Source of the DNA: Octopus vulgaris | Lineage: Eukaryota | Length of the DNA stretch: 64,000 nucleotides | Assembly: GCA_951406725.2 (NCBI GenBank) | Contig: OX597830.1 | Span: forward strand, 29,512,001-29,576,000 | Reading direction: 5' to 3' | Shown: positions 42,311 through 55,349 of the stretch, piece by piece | How the letters are laid out: each line of letters begins with the position of its first letter | Numbering within the stretch: position 1 is the stretch's first letter | Made by a program: the position numbers and the translations under genes | Notes under the pieces: generated by a model | The model's database searches: none | Seen by the model: the letters and a program-made list of their open reading frames with translations, nothing else | Told to the model about the DNA's origin: nothing

Positions 42311-42818
42311 TAGGTAGTTGTGTTATATTTTCTGAAGAACGTAATGCAAATAGCTGCGTACCTGGCGAACTGCGTGGAGACAATTGTAGCGATTACAAAT
42401 AAAACCCAACAGTACTTATTGATTTCATATATTAATTATATACTAAATTATAACAAGGCATTGGCATTATGCCTCTCCACGCGCTAAAAATAGCAACGAA
42501 GTGACGCTAACTCCACCTTAGAGACTAAAAGATAAAGCGCAGGCTGTAGTCAGCAAAAGAAAGATAATATATTAAACCTTCGGTTAAACGTGTTCTTTAT
42601 ATCTTCTTACAGCCTGTTATATTTGGAGATCTTTTAGGTGCAGTTGGTGCCATTTGGCGTCTATTTGCAGCGCCTGGAGAATCGTTATGACGGTCCCTTG
42701 TAATAATTACTATAATTATTATGGTATTTGTAAAACTTACCTGTAAGTGTTTTATTTTCGCGCTAGCCTCCCGATAACATTTTTAATGATTTTTATCCTG
42801 TGTTGTCATTATAATACG

Positions 42819-42915
<97 letters not shown>

Positions 42916-42929
42916 GTGTATGTGTGTGT

Positions 42930-43274
<345 letters not shown>

Positions 43275-44155
43275 TTGTGTGTGTGCGTGTGTATGAAGAT
43301 TCGCTTGAGAGAAACAACTTAAAAATTATATGAGGCAATTCAATAGGTCCAGTCACCGTGTCACCTTTGTGTCTGTTTCATATCAATGTTGTTCTGCTTA
43401 CAAGTGCAAAATATTACTTCTTTGTTTCAGTCATTATTAGACACAAGAAAACAACTCGTTCAACATGCCGAATGCATAACAAACCGCAAAATACAGGACG
43501 ATATTAGTAAATGTATGTTCTCGCGGGAGTACAATACACATGTGTATTTTAATGAACAGGCTTTGTAAACAGCACGGTTCTTGCCACTAAACTTGGGATA
43601 TCGCATTTGAAACGGGTTCTAAGCGCGTATACGAAGTAAGAAAGGTTTGCGTTGCGTGCTGGCTTGCCCATTACGTTTATGATATCTACTTGTATTTTCG
43701 TACATCCGTCATGCATAACGCATATATACACACAGTTAGATGCACTGCTGCGTAGTTTCATGTCTGTATACGTACAACTATCTATCTATCGGCTTATTTC
43801 ACACTCTGTATATATTATTATCATATATCATTATATATCATATGCGTGTACGTGTGATAACACACACACACACATATATATATATATGTACATATATTTA
43901 ATAATATACATATGCACATTCATACAAACAACAACATTTACACGCTTATATATATTTGACTCACACGGCTTTGCCTTCGTGCGAGCGTGACGAACTATCC
44001 GTACGTATATGCATGTGATTTTGCTTATGTCCTCATATATATAATAACACACGCTAGCACACATATACACACGTACACACACATATATAGATGCTTTCAT
44101 ATATATACATATATATCTGCATACAATCATATATATACATAATGTATATACCTAC

Positions 44156-44216
<61 letters not shown>

Positions 44217-44225
44217 ATGTATATA

Positions 44226-44281
<56 letters not shown>

Positions 44282-44662
44282 TACACACATATATATAGAT
44301 TCTGATATATATATATTTATATATATTCACATATACATACTCAGGAATAACCTTTCTCACAGACATTGTGGTAGACAATACGAACGAACCTCATTTGTCT
44401 TGCGCTCGACATAAAAGTAATTATCTTCCATAAAAGACATTGCATGCAAACAAATCTCATTGCTGCATACATAAGTGCATCTCTTGTTATGCAAAACAAC
44501 ATGACCGTATTGATTTGCTGCTAATCTCATCCGTTCCTGGAGATTAGAAACTTTTTCCCGATTATTCATGACTATGATGAATGTGGGTTACTATCGATTG
44601 AGAAGATAATTTTAGTTATACGTACAACCATATGTATGTATGTATGTATGTATGTATGTCTG

Positions 44663-44745
<83 letters not shown>

Positions 44746-44770
44746 ATATGCATATCATATATATATATAT

Positions 44771-44813
<43 letters not shown>

Positions 44814-44869
44814 GAAGAGAGAGAGATATGGATAAGTATATACATATGTTTATATGTGTGAATCATAGG

Positions 44870-44926
<57 letters not shown>

Positions 44927-45784
44927 ATATCTATGTATGTGCATATATATATCAGTTATATATATGTATATATATATATATATATATATCAGTAGATATA
45001 TATGTTTGCATGTGTTCTTATCTGTGTATGTGTAAATCATATATGCTATTATACGCTTGTATTTACCCATAAACCCTTGAAACATATTGTGACTTTCTGT
45101 AAGGTGTATTTTAAAACGTGTAATGGCGGACATACACGCACAAAGTGTATATGGAGTTTTACGACGCGTCAGATCATTCGGCAAATATTGTAGCAATATC
45201 TCTCTCAGATGCAAACATAAGGAGTAAAAGAGGGGAGGATAGCGATCTACAGCAAATGTGTGTGAGTATGTGCATGTGTGTGTGTGTGAATGTGTGTGTT
45301 TGCGTTGTATTGCACGTATGCAATAAAAAGTGTGAAGGTGCCATGTTCTTGTCTAAAGCGATTTCACTAATATTTTAAACTGAGAAATACATGCATATAT
45401 ATATACATCTACACACATAACACGCATATATACGTAGTCCATTTGCAATCACATACACACAAACACACATATACCTAAATACACACTTAAATACACACAC
45501 TCACACACGCACACGTGCAGATATGTAATCTGTCATTTGTTTCCGACGTAGGACTACAATCGTGTTGTAGTAACACAAATCGAATTAGCAGTAATTTTAT
45601 TTTTGTGCTTTCCATGGACATTTCCCCTTCTCTCTGCAAATTTCCTCTTTCATACTTACGATGAATAGACATGATCGAAACGTTACACACCTACAATTCC
45701 TGCATGCTGTAAAGAGCACGAACGTTTTGATATTCATCCGTTTGCTATTTCTAATTTTCGATTTGCCTATATATATATATATAT

Positions 45785-46258
45785 CCTGTGTGACCCCTAT
45801 GGTCATGACTGACCATAGGATTGCACGTAGAAAGTTAGCCTCCGAGGCACATGTCTGGGCAAGATTGTTTATCGAAGACCAGCAACCACCCATGCATACC
45901 ATGCTCCCCTCTCCCTTCCACCGATGTTATCGAAGAGAAAGGCAAAAGCACTAGTGACATCGCAGCTCATTTATTAACCTGCAAGTGGCTGTGCACTCCA
46001 TAGACATGTATATTGTTAACGTAATTCGCGGGGAGATTCAGTTGACACAGAGTGTGACAAGGCTGACCCTTTGAACTACAGGCACAACAGAAACAGAGAG
46101 AAAGAGTGAGAGAAATTTGTGTTGAAAGGGGACCACCCCGCTCCCGGAGCCTCGTAGGGCTTTAGATGTTTTCGCTCAATAAACACTCACAATGCCCGGT
46201 CTGGGAATCGAAACCGCGATCCTACGACCATTGTTCTAACCACTGGACCAGTGCGCCT
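45785..46258 (-). mobile_element. Additional SINE-like repeats; tRNA-like head at ~46190-46258
   Basis: Minus strand ggcgcactggtccagtggttaga...ggtttcgattccc (A and B boxes). The left block resembles 56720-56840. Confidence 0.55.
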
Positions 46259-46388
46259 TCACACACACACACGCGCATATATATATACATACATACGTAT
46301 ATGTACATATATGTATATATATATATATATGCATATATATATATATATAACTACTGGGCCATTGCGCCTCCACACACACACATACATG

Positions 46389-46424
<36 letters not shown>

Positions 46425-46448
46425 TACATACATACAAATATATGCATG

Positions 46449-46496
<48 letters not shown>

Positions 46497-46535
46497 CATA
46501 CATACATACATACATACATACATACATACATACAT

Positions 46536-47520
46536 ACAATAATAATGTTAGGGAGTATGGCTGCAAACTTACAGGGAAAATTTAGATTTAGGATTAAATC
46601 AAATTTCAAAGTATAAATATATAAAATATGAATTAGAGAAAAAACCACTATTAGGCAACTCAAACAGTGATAGACATATACCAATACATAAATAACAAAT
46701 AATATTAATATAATTGATATAATATATAATATATATATATAAAATTTTAAATTTAAATATTTTATTTATTTATTTATTTTTATATATTATATAATAAGTA
46801 AAAACACTACGTACGTTTCATGGCTATAATTAAATTCGAATTACAATTAAGTTTGAATTCAATTGAAGTAAATTCGAACTAAAATTATAGTCAATCTTCA
46901 GGTTAATGATAATAGTTAAATAAATAAGCAAATAGATTTCAACAATATTTTTTAAGAAATAAAAAAATAATAATTTTTCTTATAAAAAACTCAATATCTA
47001 AATTAGAAACTTGAAATATTAGGATTATGTCATACAACTCATTTATTATGTTAAATATTTATTTTTAAGGTAAAACGAATAGATAGTAATTTGTATTTAT
47101 CTATGAAGATATAATATGGCTTTAAAAAACATAAACTCACGAATATCCTTAACTCAGTTATAATCCAATATTTAATTACCAAATTATTTAACAAAATAAT
47201 CACTATTCATACTTTTAGAGTTAAGTTCACATCTAATAATTATAAAATATTTTAAAATAATAACTAAATTATTATCAACAAGAATAGAAATTAAAATCTA
47301 AAATTCACTCTATCAATAAATATACAGACATATAATGAAAACTAAATAAATTTATTAGTCTATTGTTACTTACATAAATATTAAACATTAATATAATATA
47401 TTTATGAAATACATTAAAAATTAAATATTAAAAATCAAATTATAAACGTATAACCTATCTTAAAAGAACCGTATAACTATTTTACGATCTATATATCTTG
47501 TTGGCTAAGTAATATCTTAC
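46536..47520 (-). mobile_element. Longer AT-rich PLE 3' region related to the 22113/24204 family
   Basis: Shares agatttaggattaaatc and aaaaccactatt with 24240-24320 and carries a hammerhead at the equivalent position. Right boundary approximate. Confidence 0.6.
46805..46904 (-). ncRNA. Hammerhead ribozyme with long stem II and palindromic stem III
   Basis: Minus strand: ac-CUGAAGA-uugacuauaauu...aauuauagccau-GAAA-cguacg-UA-gu. ACGUACGU is a perfect palindrome; stem I is only ~2 bp in this copy. Confidence 0.6.
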
Positions 47521-47544
47521 AAATAACGTACAGTTATAATCTAA

Positions 47545-47640
47545 TAATTAAATACATTATTTCTTGGTAGGTTCAGATGACCAAAGTCTGCTTTTGGGTG
47601 GCGTATGTTCTTAGATAATAGTAGTTTTCTTGTCTTCATG
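47545..47640 (-). mobile_element. Short R4/Dong-like LINE fragment abutting (TAA)n
   Basis: DMKTRKLLLSKNIRHPKADFGHLNLPR resembles D.KTRKLL...HPKAD..RLYLPR of R4/Dong ORFs. (ATT)n follows at 47643-47795. Confidence 0.65.
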
Positions 47641-47643
47641 TCT

Positions 47644-47786
<143 letters not shown>

Positions 47787-47796
47787 CATCATCATT

Positions 47797-48344
47797 AAAA
47801 TGACAGTATGTTGTCAACCTAATGTCGCAGTACGGGAAGAATGCTACTTTTATTTAGCCCAAGGAAACACTGTTTCTGTTGGACTTGACACATTTCCTGC
47901 GTCCTTATGCTTACAAAGCGGAGATAAGTACCTCCACCCTGCAAAGCCAGCGCTCAGAGACTAGTTCAGAATCATTGCGCATCATCAATCTGGGGTAGCA
48001 TGGCCTGATAGCTGTCGATGCTTATCCACCTTTGAAAAAATATATATTTCAAGTGAAATACATTCGTTCTTGAAGATAGAAATAATGGGTGAGTCCCATG
48101 AAAGGGAAGAATGCTACTGTTATTTAGCCCTAAGAAACACCGTTTCCTGTTGAACTTGACATATTTTCTGTGTCTCTGGATGCTGGCTTTGCTAGTTGGG
48201 GGTGCTTGTCTCCATTTTGAAAGCATAAGAACACAGGAAATGTGTCAAGTCCAAAAGGAAACGGTGTTTCCTAGGACTAAATAACAGTAGCATCTTTCCA
48301 TTTCATGGGACTGTCACATTACGTTGACAGCATACTATCATTTT
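47797..48344. repeat. Three copies of a ~115-bp unit (two direct, one inverted)
   Basis: gaagaatgctact.ttatttagccc.a.gaaacac.gtttc at ~47837 and ~48106; reverse complement at 48221-48344. Confidence 0.75.
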
Positions 48345-48433
48345 ATCGTGCTGCAACTGCATAAATCTCTCTGAGAGATTTAGAAATGTATTATTTCTAT
48401 CATCATCATCATCACCATAACCATCACGATCAC

Positions 48434-48510
<77 letters not shown>

Positions 48511-48531
48511 GATTATTATTATTATTAGAAC

Positions 48532-48591
<60 letters not shown>

Positions 48592-48699
48592 CAGTAGTAG
48601 CAGCAGCAACAGCATCAGTAGTAGTAGTAATAGTAGTTGTAGTGGACCTACAGTTGCACAGGGAAGAGCTTGCGAACGCTGAATCTTTTACGGGAATCT

Positions 48700-50230
48700 T
48701 GGTCGGATTGTGCAACCTCAGATAATCTGTATTTTACGTAGGTTAGTTGCCATTCCCAAAAGTGTTATCTTTTGCAATATCTAATTCTGAGACAGATTCC
48801 GTTTGTGTTAAATTGTTTCTGAGGGTTTTTCATCTGCGATCCAAGTGCTCCAATTACAATTGGTACCATTCTTGCTTTCATATTCCACCTCCTCACGTCA
48901 CCTATTTTCAAGTCTGCGTATTTTGCGATTTTATCGTTTTCATTATCATTGATATAATGATCTCTTGGGTTAGCTACACCAATCGACAAACCCCTCGTCC
49001 AAGAACATTTATACACCCAAGTTATGTCTGGCTCTGTATGTTCAAGAATTCCATATATCTGGCTCTTTATGCTCATGAATTCCATATTCAAGAATTCCAT
49101 ATGTATTCCATATGTCAATTCCACAAGTATTTCCCCGTTTGGGTTTCTGGAACCGTCAAATTTTGTCCTGGTACCTTTTTGTATTGCTTGGAAATTCATA
49201 TTCTCTGCATAAAGACCAATGCAGGTGTATGTATACTTTGCCGTAATGATGTTAGCATTCTCTCAAGCATGAAACAAACAATCATGGTGCTTGTCACAAT
49301 TTCCATCCTCTTGCATGACCTACACTAATTTGTTTCATCTTGGATATACATATCACTTATCGAGTTTTAGCTCAGTATCTGATTCCGAGTAACCGTACAC
49401 AACTTACTGTCTCTCTGTATTACGATCACCTCTTGTCAACCAATTATATGAGGATTCTGCGTTTACTTCCTTCGTATGTCTTTTAAATTGACCGTGTTCA
49501 CTTTCTCAGCTTGCAAACTGTAATTTTGTTTTGCTTTCAATACTTTGAATACATAAGCGTCTACTTTTGGTAAATTACTTTCAAAGTTCTCTATCCAAAG
49601 TTGACTAGCCAAGAAAAATATCCAAGGGCATGCTTTCTCAAGTCACACAATCTTTCACACTTTAAGTCCTTCTCCTACGTCTCACGGCGTATATAGCCTT
49701 AAAACATTTGCCATTGTCAAGCATTTTCTTTCGCGTTAACCTATCTATCTTATCTATCATTTTGTTAGTTCGATTTAAAATAGCAGCACTTTATTTAATA
49801 AACACTACAACCAAGACTTTGGCAGCTGTAATCAAGTTCTCATTCAATTTCGTTTTCAGTAGCATTTCTAACTTCTGTAGACAGAATTGCTTCACATTTC
49901 ACTTCATCTCATTCGGAACTTTGGCCATCTCCACAATCCTCAGATACTTGTATCCACTATCCTCAAGGAAACCTATTAAATCTCTATCAGGTAACTGAAT
50001 CCTACAACCATGTACGCATCTAGATATTTTCATATCAGGGTTGCACACTTTGCAATACCAAACTCCATTCTAATCTCTTTACAGTGAACAGTTTCGAGCA
50101 GTGATTGAAACTGTGATTCATTCTTGCCGAAGAATTTCAGAGTGATTTATAAGTCTGGTTTTTAAGTCTGTGTTTTATCATGTGTTCACTTGTGTTTCTC
50201 GTAAGGTACCATGACAATCCCAAAGACTAA
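48700..50230 (-). mobile_element. Decayed R4/Dong-like non-LTR retrotransposon (RT C-half, zinc-knuckle region, restriction-like endonuclease)
   Basis: Minus-strand MEFGIAKCATL, GYKYL, KVYIHLHWSLC and DKIAKYADLK..RRW...MVPIVIGALG. Its 3' end lies next to trinucleotide tracts at 48400-48640. Confidence 0.8.
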
Positions 50231-51299
50231 TGGTGAGAATAAATTAGCCGACTACTTCCACAGCAGGGCTTTCTTAAATATAACATCAAATTTTCATTGA
50301 AACTGTATTTCTACTATCATAAGACAGAAATAAATGAGTAGAATAGATCTAGGTAATCCTGACTACGGGAAAATCATAGTTATTGTGCCTATGACCAACA
50401 TGTTTGCTGGAGGGATTGCCTTGGGTTTAAATATCAACAACACCGTTCATAACAAAATAGCAATGTAGATATTACTTGTTCTGATAATACTGGTAGGAAG
50501 TATGTCAAATTTATCTATACCATGACATGTTAAACATTTCTCTTTCTAGACTTCAACCTGACACCACAAGAAGTGAATAAGATGTTTCGTTCCAACAGTT
50601 ACGGTGTATTATTAGCAGCTAAATTACTAACCTACAGAAGACTAAAATAACTCAAATAACAAATTAAAAAAAAAAAAAACTTAAATGCCAATATGAGTGC
50701 TGGTAAGCTATAAGCCTGTTGCAGTGGAGAAAAACTGAACAGCACAACATATTAATTACTAATGATATAAGTGAATTAAATTCCTCTCTATATGCTTGTT
50801 GTCTCCTAGCTACTAAACACGCAATGTAAAATAAATAATGTTACAGAGGGCAAGAGAGATCAAGACAGAATAGATTAGACGGCTAAATTAAAACATAGAC
50901 TAGACTTTCGAGGTAACGAATTCAAATAAGATAACCCAGATGTCACTTTTAATCCTTCCAGAATAATTAAGAGTGGTGTGTGATAAGTAAGTATATCGCA
51001 AACATGAGAATAATGAGTAATATATGAAACATTACAGGGAAATGTATTTGCCTTCAATAATAAATTAAATAGGTAGAGTATATGGGTAAAAGAGGCCTTC
51101 ATAAACCTTGTAAATGTTAAGCAACATTTTATAAAGCGTTATGTAGTAATAACATAAAAGTAACAGAAATATGTTGGGGCCCTTTATCTACAAAAAAGAA
51201 AGCATAAAAGTAAAACAAAAACAAGATTATGTAGGGAAAATATAAAAGGAAAATCCTTGACCCCAATACCTTACATTATTTGGTATAAATTCATGGCGT

Positions 51300-51646
<347 letters not shown>

Positions 51647-51763
51647 GGGAGAGTTTACGAAAAAAACAAAATAGGAGGACAGGTGGTGTACAAAACAAAC
51701 AGATGCATTAGTATAACGCTCAGGAATAGAAAAAGTCTTTTACGTTTCGAGCCTACGTTCTTC
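51647..51763 (-). mobile_element. PLE end fragment truncated inside its hammerhead
   Basis: Minus strand gaac-gtag-gctc-GAAA-cg-TA-aaagac, with the CUG core lost. Homologous to 54820-54935. Confidence 0.6.
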
Positions 51764-52142
51764 TATCTATGTGTATATATACATAGATAGATAGAGACAG
51801 ACGGGCAGACAGACAGATAGATATAGATTATTGTTAAACATGAATATTTTTGACAGTAACTTTGAACTTTCGGCTCGCTAAACCGTCATCGGACTGTGTT
51901 GCACTGAAGTTAATGTTGACTTCATATTGTCTCTGTTGAGTTACAATCATTCTTGAGTTTGTGGCTCTAAGTGTTGCGGAATGGTAAATTAGCTTATAGG
52001 GTAGGCTGTGACAGAGAGGTCTTCGGGTCATATTATTGTTTAGAATTTATTCATGAACATAGAATTTGCTTCTAGCTGTGGATGCTTAGGAGTTCGCCTT
52101 AAGATCATGGGATAGTTATTGAGTGATTCAGAAATGAAATTA

Positions 52143-53013
52143 CGTGGTCTGATCAACAAGTATCCGGACTGTTGTCATAGTAACGAAGCTAAAGCATGGA
52201 GAGTAAAACTGCTTGGCACAGATTGATCTTGAACGCTGTTATGTGCTCGCACTAAGATTTACCGTTGTTTGCAGCAGTGCTTGGAAGGATGGTTGTGGTG
52301 TGTGATCGTCGCATTGAACATGACAGCAATGTGAGCAGAGATTCTGCATCAAATTTTACCAAAAGCTTAGTGACACCTGCTCAGAGGACTACACAAAATT
52401 TGCAAAAAGGTTTCATCGTACTCGACACAATCAAAGAGAGTTCCTGCAAATGAAACCTGAGTGTCATTTTGGTCAGCTGGAAGCAATTTTAGTACAAACT
52501 CGGCAGATACACGTCTTATAACTAAATCTTCAGTGATACTGGACTGAACTGAACCGTAACTAATCTGCACATCCTCTGATAACTCACGGGTTGTGATTCA
52601 ACGATTTCTCCTCACAGCCGCACGCACATATGCGATATTTTTCTCAGTTGTGCTGATTGCAGGTCTCCCACAACGCTCGTCTCTATCGACTTTTTCCGGC
52701 CACCTTGGAAAACTCTCACCCATTCATACACTTTTGTGCAGCGCCTACACTTCTCTCCAGATACTTTCTGCAAATTTCTGTAGGTCTCTGAGCAGTTATC
52801 GCAATAACAACGTTGTTATGGTCAATGCGGCGATCACACGCTACACGTTTTCATTCCAAGCACTTCTGTAAACAGCGGAATTGAGCTACAACGTTAAAAC
52901 TTAGTTCGCATGTACAGCTAAGTACAAAGTCAATCTTTGCCAAGCGGCTTTACTCTGTGTACTTTAGCTTTGTTACTATGGCAACAGGCCTGATACTTAT
53001 TGATCAGACCTCG
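52143..53013. mobile_element. Non-autonomous mariner foldback element, copy C (complete, 871 bp, TA TSD)
   Basis: TA|cgtggtctgatcaacaagtatccggactgttg ... caacaggcctgatacttattgatcagacctcg|TA. Transposase N-terminal fragments lie on both strands. Confidence 0.9.
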
Positions 53014-53304
53014 TAGGCAGAGGAAGTACCAGTAGTTTTAAATACTTTTAGTTTTATTAGATTTAATTTTTTGCGTTGACAACATAAATCACCAAGTTTC
53101 AAATTATAGTCCAGTATTTAAAAACTTCGTAATTAGGTGGGTCAACATTTTGTAATGGAATTTTTTAAGTATGTAAGTTAGATGGTTGTTTTAGATGTTC
53201 AATTTCTTTATTGACTGTTCTTGTTATTGTTTAAGGTATTCCCCGTCTATATTTGGAGGATACGGGTTACTAGTAGGATATGTCGCGGTGTTGTTAGTAT
53301 ACAC

Positions 53305-53525
53305 TTTTACTTTTTTCAGTAATTGGACTGCGGCCATGCTGGAGCACCACCTTTTGGTCGAGCAAATCGACCCCAGGACTTATTCTTTGCAAGCCTAGTA
53401 CATATTCTATCGGTCTCTTGCCGAACTGATAAGTTACGGGGAAGTAAAAACACCACAAACAGTTGTCAAGCGATGTTGGGAAGACAAACACAGGCACACA
53501 AACATATACACACACATACATACAA

Positions 53526-53579
<54 letters not shown>

Positions 53580-53589
53580 TTGTATGTAA

Positions 53590-53622
<33 letters not shown>

Positions 53623-53740
53623 CAACAGGCTTCTTTCAGTTTCCGTCAACCAAAGACACTTGCCCAAGATGATACGCAGTGGGAACGAACCCGGAACCAT
53701 GTGGTTGGTAGTAAGCTATTTACCACACATCCACTCCTGC
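53305..53740 (-). mobile_element. SINE family A with internal deletion
   Basis: Reverse-complement tail and head are both recognisable. Confidence 0.8.
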
Positions 53741-54188
53741 AACACTTCTGTAGAAGATGATATAGGTAGATATAACTGTTATTCGTCTATATGTTTCTTT
53801 CATTGTTCTATAAGCAATTTGATAATTTTGTAGAAAATCTAAACTTGCGTTTTATGAATGCAGAATTTGTGGACTATATGTTCACAAACATTTCTTCAAT
53901 TCTGTTTCAAATGTGAGTAGTTTATGATATATCATTATTAGGCCGATGGATGTATTCGAAAGCGGGTTATTATGTACAGTAGGTATATACTCGTATAAAA
54001 ATATAAATAAAAATTGATCTATCATCCTAATTGTAAATTTAAAAAACATTGAAAAGCAATTTTTTAAATATGGGGAATTATGAAATGCAAAAGTTTATTC
54101 TAACTAACTTGCACACTGATATATATATATATATATATATTTACTGTGCAAATATAAAGGTTTGTGCACTTATATTAGTACACTTATT

Positions 54189-54512
54189 TTGGGTCATCCC
54201 ATAAATAATGTAGTTTTTTAAATATTTCTTTTATTTTTCAAAATTATGATAAATTAAGTTTCTTCTTTTTTCACTCTAAAATATACCCTCCTCCATTTTC
54301 TACAATGCACTCCCATATATCTGGTAAATCTGCAAGCCCCCTCTTTCAAAATTCACTTGTCCGTGACGTAAAATACCCCTCCAGTATTGTTCTAGCCTCG
54401 TCTACAGAATTCGTATTTCTTCCGTCCAAATGATTTTGAAGACTGCGGAATACATAGTAATCAGATGGGGAAATGTCCAGCGAATATGGTGGATGGGGCA
54501 TCGTTTCCCATT
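54189..54512 (-). mobile_element. Mariner 3' fragment with TIR, cut by a SINE A head (54512-54645)
   Basis: PHPPYSLDISPSDYYVFRSLQNHLDG matches the mariner YSPDLAPSD motif. TIR-like ttgggtcatcccataaataatg. Confidence 0.85.
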
Positions 54513-54643
54513 GAAGCAAACACATGAACTTGGGTTCAGTCCCACTTCGTGGCATTTACAGCAAGTGTTCTTCTATGGCCGCGAGCCGAACAATGACTTG
54601 TGAGAAGAGGATTTGGTGGAGTGCAACTGAAAGAAGCTTGTGT

Positions 54644-54717
<74 letters not shown>

Positions 54718-54897
54718 TTCAATTAGAGGTTAAATAAGCCTCATTAAGGGATAATATTAATCCAATGAATTTACTGGTTTCTTACCTATTAATCATTTTG
54801 AATATATATTTGAAATTTATAGAAAAACAAAAGACGAAGACAGGTGTATGAACAACAAACAAGTGTATTAGTTTGACACTCGGAAAAATGAACAAGT

Positions 54898-54933
54898 CTT
54901 TTACGTTTCGAACCTACGCTCTGCAACAGAAAG
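54898..54933 (-). ncRNA. Ultra-minimal hammerhead variant in a PLE end (54820-54960)
   Basis: cuuu-CUGUUGCA-gagc-guag-guuc-GAAA-cg-UA-aaag. Stems I and II are 4 bp each, stem III is the palindrome ACGU, and the core is altered. Confidence 0.55.
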
Positions 54934-55314
54934 GAATCAGAGAAAATAAACAGAGAGTGTATTATCTAAGAAATCGGTTCGGCAAAATTGACCGCAAGAA
55001 TAAAATAAAATAAATTTTGGGGTTGATTTGACGAATGTGACTGACAGAAATAAACGATAAAGATGAATTGTTCTATGATTTAGTTTAAACAATTCTCTAA
55101 GTTGGCACACACACACATATGGATAAATCACAAGCAAACACATTTCAAGTGTGCTATGTCCTTGTTTTGCATATAACGCTCAAAAGTATCATAAGCCTCA
55201 TACATAACACTACATAAAAACTACACGAACGAATATACATAAACGCATATACAACCCACCCACATACATACAGACACACGCGCCTACTTTGCTCACCCTT
55301 CTGCTTCGCTCTCA

Positions 55315-55349
<35 letters not shown>

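Noticed and set aside
42328-42360. CTGAAGA-acgtaatgc-AAA-tagctg next to (TA)n
   Set aside because: G12 is missing and the stems are poor; it cannot be distinguished from chance.
43415-43515. Possible host exon (polypyrimidine-CAG ... GT)
   Set aside because: The peptide SLLDTRKQLVQHAECITNRKIQDD is unrecognised, and such signals are common by chance.
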